A program made the position numbers and the translations under genes. The notes beneath the pieces are model-generated. The model searched no databases. It was not told where the DNA came from and was given only the letters and a program-made list of their open reading frames with translations. 64,000 bases of DNA from Streptosporangiaceae bacterium (lineage in GTDB: Bacteria; Actinomycetota; Actinomycetes; Streptosporangiales; Streptosporangiaceae): assembly GCA_052143655.1 (NCBI GenBank), contig JBKQSL010000045.1, positions 3,793 through 67,792 on the forward strand, in the 5' to 3' direction. This document shows, in pieces, positions 6,118-15,170 of this stretch. Within the stretch, counting starts at the first letter, position 1. Each line of letters opens with the position of its first letter.

Positions 6118-8496
6118 TCACGCATCCGCCACCGCCGGGTGGTAGGTATCGTCGTCACTCAGCGTGACCTTTTCTTCGTCCAGCAGCAGGTCCAGCGCGT
6201 CATCGACGTACTTCCTGTCGCGGCTGGCCGCTGCGTGCTGCAGCAAGCGGCGCTTCATCGGGCCGTCCTTCTTCAGCTTCCGCACGATGACGCCGGCCAC
6301 CCGCTGCACCTGCTGGTCCGCGTACTCCTCCTCGCTGGCGCGCACGCGGGTGGCGGTGAGGACAGCGCCCTCGGCGTTGAGCGCGTGCCGCGCCCGCGCC
6401 GCCCGCGCGTTCTTCTCCTGCACCGCGTCGATGCACTTCTGGCGGGTGTTGCGGGACACCTCCATGAGGATCCCCGCCAGGTCCCAGTCCTCGTCGCTGA
6501 TCTCCCCCGGCTCTTCGCTGGAGATGATGGCGATGGCGGCGGCGGCCTTCAGCCGGCACAGCATCGCGTGGCCTTCCAGCCCGGCCTCCTTCCCGGAGTT
6601 GCGCGCGTGGTGATCGGCTGCCACTTCAAGGATGGCCTTGTCGCACACGCGCAGGTCGCGGTAGGTATCCAGCTCGCGGATATGCGGCGGGGCGGCCATG
6701 TCCAGCGTCTTGATCTCGCTGTCGCCGTTGCGGATGCGGGCGAGCACAGCGTCAGGATTGAACGGCGGCCCGTCCGGGTCGGTGCCCGGAAGCCATAAGA
6801 ACCGCTGGGGGGTGCCGCCGGCGCTGTCGTCCAGCAGCACGGCGGCGACCTCGGGCTGGATCGCGCAGACCAGAGTCAGCCGGTAGGAGTCCTGCTCCAC
6901 CGTCAGGTTGCGGGCCTGCTCGGCGTTGGTGAACCCGATGCGCTCCCCCATCCAGGCCGACCGGAGCAGCGGCAGCAGCGTCGCGCCCTTCCGCTCGGCC
7001 AGCCGGGTGATGATCTCCACCTCCTCGACGGCCACGAGCAGCGTGTCGGTGATGCGCTTCAGCTCCCCGCCTTCACGCCGGACCATCGCGCGGACGATGC
7101 CTTCCCCGGTGCCCGCGTTGCTGATGTGCGCCACCCCGGGCACCATCTCGGCGGCGACCCGGGCTGCGTTGCCCTTGCCCTGGCCGGATGAGCCGACGAT
7201 CCCGGCGAACATGTTCAGGCTCTTCCGGGTCCCGACGATGCCGGGGATCGTCAGCCGGTGGTCGGTCAGCGCGACGGCGCGGGCCATCACGCAGCCGAGC
7301 AGTGCCCACGGGGGGACGCCGCGCTCCCGTGCCACGTCCCGGATGATCTTTAAGTTGGGCCGGGCGTCCCAGAACTCAGCTTCCCGGTCCGCGTGGTCAA
7401 GCGCCGGGTAGCGGATCTTGCCGTCGCGCTCCAGCGCCTCCTTGCTCCACTTGCGCGCGTCGTCGGGCAGCTCGTCTGCGAACTTCGCCGCCACGCGGGT
7501 GATCTTCTTGCGGAGATCATCGTCAGTGAACGGATCGTCGGAGCGGGCGTCGGGGTTATCCCGAGCGGTGATGTCGCAGATCTGCCGCACGGTGGCGAAG
7601 ATCTTGGACTGGTCATGGGTTTTGCCCCATATGCCCCGGATAACCCGCGTGATGGTGATGTCGTGCGGGAGGGGGAACGGGATGCCACCGGCCAGTAGCT
7701 CCTCGAACCCCGGCAGCGGCTCGCCGCTGTCGTACACGGCGTCGGATGACGGCTTTGACCACAGGTCGGTGATGAACTGCGCCAGCCTGCGCCCGGAGAC
7801 GTCGCCGACCGGCGGCGGCCCGTCCGGGAACCGCACCCAGCGGTACGGCCGGACCACCCCGTCCGCCTTGGACTTCTTCTCGGTCGGCGGGATGATCAGC
7901 ATCCCGATGCTCTCGTTGCCGTCCCGCGAGCCCTTCAGGTCCAGCCCGGGAAACTTGTCCTGCCCGAACCCGTCCTTGGACCCGATGCCTAACGGCGCGG
8001 TCAGGTAGTGCCGGCCTCCGCTGGGAGTGACCGTCTCCCCGTACACCGTGGGCATCTCGCCGCCGAGATGGTCAGCCAGCTTGTCCAGCGAGCCGGGGCA
8101 CTTATAGGAGTCCTCGTCCAGCCCGTTGAAGATCTTCATGACTGCGCACAGGCCCATGTTCCGGCCGGGCTTCCACCGGTCCACTACGGCCGGGTCGCCC
8201 TTGGCCTGCTTCCAGGAATCGCCGCCGGCGTACCTGCCATGATCATCGAAATAGCAGATGAACAGCGGCACGCCCCAACGCGCGAGTTGCCTGGCACGCT
8301 CCAGATCCTCACGCTGCTGGCTGGTTAGGCCGCTGCCGCTCAAGATCTCGCCGGCGGCAAGCTGGTGGGCGCTCTTCCTCACCGGGCCACCCCCGCCCGG
8401 GTCGGGCTGGTGCGGGGGCAGTGGCCTGGTAATAACCTGTTTCTCCGGTAATTCCTGAACGCCCGGCCGGTAATTGGTCTGCTGTACAATATTCAC
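6118..8496 (-). CDS. Bifunctional primase-polymerase (PrimPol) fused to DUF3987-like P-loop helicase/replicase (792 aa)
   Basis: PrimPol motifs: GLDED (DxD), VTPSGGRHYL (sGG-H), GLDLKG...IIPPT. Central/C-terminal Walker A AGIVGSSGQGKGNA. Confidence 0.85.
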   Translation of the reverse strand: MNIVQQTNYRPGVQELPEKQVITRPLPPHQPDPGGGGPVRKSAHQLAAGEILSGSGLTSQQREDLERARQLARWGVPLFICYFDDHGRYAGGDSWKQAKGDPAVVDRWKPGRNMGLCAVMKIFNGLDEDSYKCPGSLDKLADHLGGEMPTVYGETVTPSGGRHYLTAPLGIGSKDGFGQDKFPGLDLKGSRDGNESIGMLIIPPTEKKSKADGVVRPYRWVRFPDGPPPVGDVSGRRLAQFITDLWSKPSSDAVYDSGEPLPGFEELLAGGIPFPLPHDITITRVIRGIWGKTHDQSKIFATVRQICDITARDNPDARSDDPFTDDDLRKKITRVAAKFADELPDDARKWSKEALERDGKIRYPALDHADREAEFWDARPNLKIIRDVARERGVPPWALLGCVMARAVALTDHRLTIPGIVGTRKSLNMFAGIVGSSGQGKGNAARVAAEMVPGVAHISNAGTGEGIVRAMVRREGGELKRITDTLLVAVEEVEIITRLAERKGATLLPLLRSAWMGERIGFTNAEQARNLTVEQDSYRLTLVCAIQPEVAAVLLDDSAGGTPQRFLWLPGTDPDGPPFNPDAVLARIRNGDSEIKTLDMAAPPHIRELDTYRDLRVCDKAILEVAADHHARNSGKEAGLEGHAMLCRLKAAAAIAIISSEEPGEISDEDWDLAGILMEVSRNTRQKCIDAVQEKNARAARARHALNAEGAVLTATRVRASEEEYADQQVQRVAGVIVRKLKKDGPMKRRLLQHAAASRDRKYVDDALDLLLDEEKVTLSDDDTYHPAVADA

Positions 8497-8584
8497 TAGG
8501 ACTTGACTCCTCGCGGTGGTTTCGGTCTACCTCTGGTTAGGACGGGTGAACGGGCCGGGGAACGCCTCCCCGGCCCGGTTCCCT

Positions 8585-8926
8585 TTAGGCAGCAGCCACC
8601 AGCCGCTTAGCGGCGATGGATGGTACGAGAAGGTGCACGATCTCGTGCTTGTTGTGGCACCGGCCGCCACATACGCTCTTCGGCAGTGAGATTTCGGCCA
8701 AGGCCGACTGCGTGTCTTCGAGGCTGGGCCAAAGGCTGACCGATAAGACCCGGCACCATGCGAGGACGGCCCACTCACCCTCGCCCGATACCCAGCAGTG
8801 CCTCGGCCACTGGCACCGGGCGGCGACATTGTAAGTCTGGTGCTTTACCGGGCAGCGCCGGTGCGATAGCGGCCGGTATAAGTTCTCGGCCTCGGGGTTG
8901 AACAGCTTGTCGTTGTCGAGGTACAT
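8585..8926 (-). CDS. Hypothetical Cys/Trp-rich protein (113 aa) between xis-like and replicase genes
   Basis: Same-strand ORF in the xis->replicase transcription unit; no recognised family. Confidence 0.45.
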   Translation of the reverse strand: MYLDNDKLFNPEAENLYRPLSHRRCPVKHQTYNVAARCQWPRHCWVSGEGEWAVLAWCRVLSVSLWPSLEDTQSALAEISLPKSVCGGRCHNKHEIVHLLVPSIAAKRLVAAA

Positions 8927-8996
8927 TGATGGTCTCCAGTTAGTTGATGTCCGACCAGGCCCGGGGCTCCACCCCCGGGCTTAGTCATTTCTGGGG

Positions 8997-9212
8997 TCAG
9001 GCAGCGATCAGCCGCCCTGCCGTACTGGTGTCCCGCTCCCGCTGGGCCAGCCAGGCGTCCACCTCGCTGCGCCGGTAGTAGCGCTTGCGCGGGGTCAGCA
9101 GGAAGCTCGCCGGGCCGAACTGTTCGCGGCGCCAGCGGTCGAGCGTCTGCCGGGACACGCCGAGATAGTCCATTACCTCGGCGGGGGTCATGAAGTCCGG
9201 GCTGTCGTGCAT
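8997..9212 (-). CDS. xis: Excisionase-family / AlpA-like helix-turn-helix DNA-binding protein (71 aa)
   Basis: FMTPAEVMDYLGVSRQTLDRWRREQ...RKRYYRRSEVDAWL is the MerR-superfamily excisionase HTH pattern. Confidence 0.8.
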   Translation of the reverse strand: MHDSPDFMTPAEVMDYLGVSRQTLDRWRREQFGPASFLLTPRKRYYRRSEVDAWLAQRERDTSTAGRLIAA

Positions 9213-9300
9213 GAAACCTCCTCAGGGGCTCACTTATATGGTAGCGGCGGTGAGCGTGAAAAAGGTAACGCGGGCCCCGCGCTGACCGCCGGGCGTGCTT

Positions 9301-9353
9301 ATGTACCCCACATTGTTGAGGGCAAGAGAATATGTACCCCATATGAGGTACAT
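9301..9353. promoter_or_regulatory. Repeated ATGTACCCCA boxes plus inverted GGTACAT in the divergent promoter region upstream of xis (operator candidate)
   Basis: atgtacccca at 9301-9310 and 9332-9341. The second copy forms atgtacc-ccatatga-ggtacat (9332-9353). Related gtaccc at 9364-9369. Confidence 0.4.
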
Positions 9354-9635
9354 GACCGGGGCAGTACCCGAGTTCACCGGCTCTCGGTGACGTTCTGACT
9401 ACGCTGCGCCGGTCGTTCCGGGAAAGTACCCGCCTGGGTTTGACAACGCCTAAGCCGCGCCGGGTACGGTGCCCCTGACAAGTGAATGAGGGAACGCGGA
9501 GAGCGGTCCATCCTGGATTTAAGTCCCTTCGCGATCCGTGTTCTCGGGCGTGCGTGGGGCGCGCTACTGTAAACACCGAGCCGATGGGGGCCCCCACACC
9601 CCATCGGCTCCTCATGCATTTAAGGCAGTATCACG

Positions 9636-10166
9636 GTGAATCAGTTTCCGGTCCGCCCGTATGTCGGCGTCGGGCTCCCCATGTCATCCAGGACCGCGCA
9701 TGTGATCGAGGGCGCGGTGATCGGCGTGGTGGCGGGCAACGCGCTGGCCCGCTGGCCGCGCCTGCGCTACGTCGCCGCGATCATCTGCCTGCTGCTCGCC
9801 GCGTACTTCGTCGTGGCGGGGATCCACTTCGGCGAGGCTGCCGGCAGCTTGGTGTACGCGCTCGTGCTGGCCGGCATCGCCGCGCTGTTCATCCGGTCGG
9901 GTTGCAAGGGCATCGCGAAGATGAAGCTGAACCGCACACCCGGATGGATGGCCGCTCTGCCGACCGGTCAGGCAGTGCCTTCGGGCCCCGACGTCAGCTT
10001 CAAGATCACGAGCGTGGTCCCGGACGAGGCGACGGTCCGGTCCGACGCCGCCCGCACCTGGGCGACCGCGATCCTGGAGTTGGAGAACGGGCACACGCAC
10101 TCGGCGCTGCTGGAGTCAGATGGCCGCCAGGTGCGCTGGCAGGCCGCCCCGGCAGGTTCGTGCTGA
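9636..10166 (+). CDS. Membrane protein (176 aa)
   Basis: GTG start (alt ATG 9681). Three hydrophobic helices (AVIGVVAGNALA, YVAAIICLLLAAYFVVAGI, LVYALVLAGIAALFI) and a soluble C-terminal part. Confidence 0.5.
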   Translation: MNQFPVRPYVGVGLPMSSRTAHVIEGAVIGVVAGNALARWPRLRYVAAIICLLLAAYFVVAGIHFGEAAGSLVYALVLAGIAALFIRSGCKGIAKMKLNRTPGWMAALPTGQAVPSGPDVSFKITSVVPDEATVRSDAARTWATAILELENGHTHSALLESDGRQVRWQAAPAGSC

Positions 10167-10244
10167 ACTGGCACGCTACTCCATTCCCGCCGAACCTTTC
10201 TGAACTACTTCGTACAGGCGTACCATTCGCCTTGGGGGACGTTC

Positions 10245-10856
10245 ATGGCGCTACGTTTCAATCCGCCGCCAGGCTGGCCGCCTGCACCTCCCGGGTGGAC
10301 GCCGCCGCCAGGCTGGAGTCCCGATCCGTCGTGGCCGCCGGTACCTCCGGGCTGGCAATTGCTGGTGCTGGACGCGGCGCCCAGCGCGCAGCAGCCAGCC
10401 GATAGTCCCGAGCCCCTGGTGCAGCAGCAGCGGGCAGTACCCGTCACCAGCAGCTCGGTCCGGCCGCCCTTCGTAACACGCGGGTGGGGCAGGCTCAGTC
10501 CCTGGGCTAGGCCATTCGCGCTGATCGGTTCGGCGGTCGTGCTGATCGTCGTCGTTGTAGTGCTCGCGCAGCCGGGCACGCCGTCGCCGCCTCCCGGCGG
10601 CTGGTACGCGGCGGGCGTGCAGTACGAGCACGCCAACGACGTGGCGCAGGGCAACGCGCGTCTCATCGGCCCGTTCAGCATGCTGGGGCACGAGTGCCGC
10701 CAGCAGCTCGCGTGGGTTGAGGCGGGTCACCCGACGCTGGTTCACAACCCGCCGGTGCCCCCGCTGAGTGCTAAGCAGAGCTGGCTAAACGGCTGCCAGG
10801 CAGGCTATTTGCACGACCATCCAGACCAGCAGGTCATTAACGGGCTCTTCCAATGA
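10245..10856 (+). CDS. Single-pass membrane protein with N-terminal PPGW repeats (203 aa)
   Basis: NPPPGWPPAPPGWTPPPGWSPDPSWPPVPPGW, then TM ALIGSAVVLIVVVVVLA. Stop overlaps next start (ATGA 10853-10856). Confidence 0.6.
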   Translation: MALRFNPPPGWPPAPPGWTPPPGWSPDPSWPPVPPGWQLLVLDAAPSAQQPADSPEPLVQQQRAVPVTSSSVRPPFVTRGWGRLSPWARPFALIGSAVVLIVVVVVLAQPGTPSPPPGGWYAAGVQYEHANDVAQGNARLIGPFSMLGHECRQQLAWVEAGHPTLVHNPPVPPLSAKQSWLNGCQAGYLHDHPDQQVINGLFQ

Positions 10857-11665
10857 ACCGCCTGATCTGGCCCGTTGCGATTGTCCTGGCGGCGCTGATC
10901 CTCTCGGCAGGGGTGCTGACCGCGTACTCGCTGCGCCACCATCCGCCCGCCAGCAACGGGCCTAGCCACCCTGCTGTGGCCGCTTCGCCGTCCGCCTCGT
11001 CACCGCACCCGATTAACGCCTCCAAGGCGGCGTCAACCCTGGAAATGGACCCGACTCTTGCGCTGCGCTATGCCGAGAACGGCGTCGGCGGGTGCCTGCA
11101 ACAAGCCTGGGACAACGCGGGGTATGCCAACATGTTCGATGAGTACGCGGGCAGCGGCGTGGTGCAGTTCAGCACCGGCACCCAGCAAGATCCCACCGGC
11201 AGCACCCAGGCGCGCACGCTGATCTCCGTCACGGTTCACCAGAACGGCACGCTATCCGCGAATGCCGCCCTGGAGCACTGGGGTTGCCAGCCGTACCGCT
11301 TCCGCCCACGGGGCGGCGTCACGGCTCCGTCGGCTCCGACCATGCCCCGGCCGCCCGGCCTGGACAAGTCCGGCCCCCTTGACGTCGGCTGTGCTACCCA
11401 GGGGAACACGGCAACCGTGACGTTCTACAACCCGGGCAGTTCCACCCAGACGGTCGGGTCATTCACGCTGGACTGGGAGTTCTACAACAGCGACCCTGAC
11501 AACGGAACGCCGCAAGGCGAGGACACGTACAGCGGCCGGTGGCCCGTCAGCTCCACCAACATCGCTACGGTCACCCTCAGCGTGCCAGCGATGCTGTCGG
11601 GCGACTCCTCGTGTGCGGTAGCTGGATGGAGTCAGTACGGGGTCTCGGTGCAGCCGGGCGGCTGA
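10853..11665 (+). CDS. Signal-anchored extracytoplasmic protein (270 aa)
   Basis: MNRLIWPVAIVLAALILSAGVLTAY anchor; translationally coupled to upstream gene; no known domain. Confidence 0.6.
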   Translation: MNRLIWPVAIVLAALILSAGVLTAYSLRHHPPASNGPSHPAVAASPSASSPHPINASKAASTLEMDPTLALRYAENGVGGCLQQAWDNAGYANMFDEYAGSGVVQFSTGTQQDPTGSTQARTLISVTVHQNGTLSANAALEHWGCQPYRFRPRGGVTAPSAPTMPRPPGLDKSGPLDVGCATQGNTATVTFYNPGSSTQTVGSFTLDWEFYNSDPDNGTPQGEDTYSGRWPVSSTNIATVTLSVPAMLSGDSSCAVAGWSQYGVSVQPGG

Positions 11666-11707
11666 CTCAGCTCGCAACAAGCTGTAACGCGACTACGCCG
11701 CCGATCC

Positions 11708-12292
11708 ATGGACGTTACGAAGCTCTTGCTGGACGCCATGGATAAGTACAACTCAGACGGCGGAACCTATGACGAACCGCTGGCGGAGGTCATATCCCGG
11801 GTCCGGGTGAACGGCTGCATGACCAAGCTGGACCTGCTGGCGATGATCACCTGGAAGCGCATCCGCACCGCCGCGCCGTGGGTTTACGACCTGCTGACCA
11901 CTCAGGATGCGAAGGTGCGCGACTGTACCGAGGCGGCGTTCCAGCCCGGGTTGTCCGACCAGCAGCGCATCGACGCGCTGAAGGACATCCCTGGGTGCAG
12001 GGGCGGCGCGTCCATGGCCACGGTCGCGCTGTGCGCATACGATCCGGTGGAGTTCGGCATCATGGATGACCGGGCACTGGATGCGCTTGAGGATGACCCG
12101 CTGGAGATAGACCTGCACCGGAGGCGCAGGGGCCTGACCTTGCGCTACCTGATCAAGGTTCGTGAACTCCGGGACATGCTGGCGCAGGTCCGGACGGGCG
12201 TCACCGCCCGCAACTTGGACCAGGCGCTCTTCGTAATTGGCGACCCGAAGCGGCGCCGGGTTACGGGGCCGAGAAGTTCGTCCGAAACTTAA
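11708..12292 (+). CDS. Hypothetical soluble protein (194 aa)
   Basis: Clean ORF with coding-like composition; no motif I can name confidently. Confidence 0.55.
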   Translation: MDVTKLLLDAMDKYNSDGGTYDEPLAEVISRVRVNGCMTKLDLLAMITWKRIRTAAPWVYDLLTTQDAKVRDCTEAAFQPGLSDQQRIDALKDIPGCRGGASMATVALCAYDPVEFGIMDDRALDALEDDPLEIDLHRRRRGLTLRYLIKVRELRDMLAQVRTGVTARNLDQALFVIGDPKRRRVTGPRSSSET

Positions 12293-12960
12293 GACCCAGG
12301 CGGCTTGTTGCGGGTGAAGAACAGGTAGAGCGTGATGGAGGTCAGGGCCCCGCCGAACGCCTGCCCTATTGGTCCCGACCCCGCTGGCGGCAGCAGGTGC
12401 AGCAGCCCGAGGTTCGCTCCGCCGACCGGCACGACGATCGTCCAGAACATCTCCCGGCTGGTCAGGCTGTGCAGCCCTTCGGTGACTGCCTTGCGCACGG
12501 ACTTCTCCAACTCAGCTGGAGTCGGAGACTTGGTGACCTCGAAGATATCGACGGCGCCGCCGGTCTCTGCCAGGACCTTCGGTTGAGGGATAGTAGTAGT
12601 GGCTTGAACGATCGCCGGGTAGACGGTGGCACTGGTCGTCAGCGTGCCCTCACCTCGCAGGACTGCCGCTGCCTGCCACACCTTCTCCACATCGCGCATG
12701 TCCACGAACTCGCTGACCTGCCGCTGAATCTCGCTGGCGTGGCGCGACAGCGACTCGATCAGGTCCTTGTTCGCCTGGTATGCCTTCAGCGCGGGCTCGG
12801 CTAGCTCGTACAGCTTTCGAACCTGCTCAGCCAGCCGCCGGATCTCCTCCTCGTCCACGGCGGCGATCCTACCGGCGCCCGGCGACAGCGCCCGGCCGTC
12901 CGGCGCGCCGGACTTGTTCTGTTCGAGTCGCTGGTGATGGCAGGGAACGTAGTTGCTCAC
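12289..12960 (-). CDS. Hypothetical protein with coiled-coil N-half and C-terminal hydrophobic segments (223 aa)
   Basis: EEEIRRLAEQVRKLYELAEPALKAYQANKDLIESL...; C-terminal FWTIVVPVGGANLGLLHLL and GGALTSITLYLFF. Stop codons of this and 11708..12292 overlap in cttaag. Confidence 0.5.
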   Translation of the reverse strand: MSNYVPCHHQRLEQNKSGAPDGRALSPGAGRIAAVDEEEIRRLAEQVRKLYELAEPALKAYQANKDLIESLSRHASEIQRQVSEFVDMRDVEKVWQAAAVLRGEGTLTTSATVYPAIVQATTTIPQPKVLAETGGAVDIFEVTKSPTPAELEKSVRKAVTEGLHSLTSREMFWTIVVPVGGANLGLLHLLPPAGSGPIGQAFGGALTSITLYLFFTRNKPPGS

Positions 12961-13032
12961 CTACTCATAGCCCCAGGTCAGGCCGTCGATTCGACACCCC
13001 GTGATGGCAGGAATCCGCAAATTCTGATGGCA

Positions 13033-13063
13033 AAGCCCCGTCCGGCTGTCCGAAACGGGGCTT
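13033..13063 (-). terminator. Stem-loop downstream of tRNA-Asn (9-bp stem, 13-nt loop; no clear U-tract)
   Basis: aagccccgt (13033-13041) pairs with acggggctt (13055-13063). Confidence 0.35.
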
Positions 13064-13089
13064 CTAGCTGGGCAAACACAATATTAAGA

Positions 13090-13165
13090 TGGCTCCCGCG
13101 ATAGGACTCGAACCTATAACCTGCCGGTTAACAGCCGGACGCTCTGCCGATTGAGCTACGCGGGA
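13090..13165 (-). tRNA. asnT: tRNA-Asn (anticodon GTT), CCA encoded
   Basis: Reverse complement tcccgcg-ta-gctc-aatcggca-gagc-g-tccgg-CTGTTAA-ccggc-aggtt-atagg-ttcgagt-cctat-cgcggga-g-cca folds as a cloverleaf; anticodon loop CTGTTAA. Confidence 0.95.
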
Positions 13166-13463
13166 CTGCACGGCGCCGAGGTGCGGTACTGGCTTGCAGG
13201 CCCTTCCTCGCCGCGGCCACCAGGGTAGCGTAGCCGGCACTATGCCGGAGCGCATGCCGCCTCCGGAGCGCATAACCCGCCGCGTGGCGGGCATGACCGG
13301 AAGGTCCGGCGCGTTTCGGGCGGGCGGCGGGAACGAGAACTCCCCGGGAACGTCCGGGACCCCGCGGCCACTCCGGGCCGGGACAGCTCAGCCCTGCACT
13401 GCCCGGGCCCGCCCCAGGCCGGCGCGGCAGTGCAGGGAACGAGACTTGCGAGAGAAGGTTTCT

Positions 13464-13823
13464 ATGCACGGCTATCGGCTCACCTTGCTGGCCGGCGTCG
13501 CCACCGGGTACGTGCTCGGCGCGCGGGCGGGCCGGGAGCGCTACGAGCAGATCAAGAAGTTCGCCCGCACCGCGGCGGATCACCCGGCCGTGCAGCAGGC
13601 GGCCGGCGCGCTCCAGGCGCAGGCCGCGGGCGCGGCCAGCAGTGCCAGGGCCCGGATCAGCGGCGAACTGCACCAGCGGGCTCAGGGCGCCCGGCAGAAG
13701 ATGACTGACCGGCTGCCGGGCCACCGGGGCGCCAACGGCTCCGCGGGCAGCCCGGGCACCGGGGAGGCAGGAAGCCCGTTCGCGGCCGCGAGCAGCCGCG
13801 CGGAGCGCAACGGCCATCACTGA
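13464..13823 (+). CDS. YtxH-like small membrane-anchored protein (119 aa)
   Basis: SD gaagg before ATG 13464. MHGYRLTLLAGVATGYVLGARAGRERYEQIKK matches the YtxH N-terminal pattern. Confidence 0.6.
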   Translation: MHGYRLTLLAGVATGYVLGARAGRERYEQIKKFARTAADHPAVQQAAGALQAQAAGAASSARARISGELHQRAQGARQKMTDRLPGHRGANGSAGSPGTGEAGSPFAAASSRAERNGHH

Positions 13824-13854
13824 CCTGGCTGGCTGACCGCCTCCCGCCCAGGGC

Positions 13855-15009
<1,155 letters not shown>

Positions 15010-15170
15010 GCAGACCAGTCTGCGTCAGGAATCCGGCGTTACGGGGATCTAATATTGTCACCTGAAGGCTAGTAACGTCACGAGCGGTGTGTGTGCATCC
15101 GGCTACGCAGTGCCCTGAGCGGCTACGCAGCGCTCCGAATTGGCGGCGCCGGGTGTGCGCTGTTGCCGCC

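Larger units (their letters stand above)
1..13089. mobile_element. Genomic island / integrative-element remnant abutting the 3' end of tRNA-Asn (P4/PICI-satellite-like or AICE-like; left boundary outside window)
   Basis: Composition shift (AT-rich patches, orphan ORFs) ends at the tRNA-Asn 3' end. Carries Xis/AlpA-type HTH, PrimPol-DUF3987 replicase, iteron-like repeats, HNH and GIY-YIG nucleases. Conserved core genes start right of the tRNA. No integrase or second att copy seen in window. Confidence 0.55.

Noticed and set aside
11708-12292. Tentative recognition of the 194-aa island protein as an OGG-fold/HhH glycosylase-like protein
   Set aside because: This rests only on a vague resemblance (KLDLLAMITWKRIR). 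I cannot point to catalytic motifs, so it stays hypothetical.
1-13089. Integrase gene / attR copy of the tRNA-Asn 3' end inside the island
   Set aside because: I looked through all ORFs and for the strings ggactcgaacc and cgataggact. No recombinase-like translation and no second copy were found. It is reported as absent from the window, not as absent from the genome.
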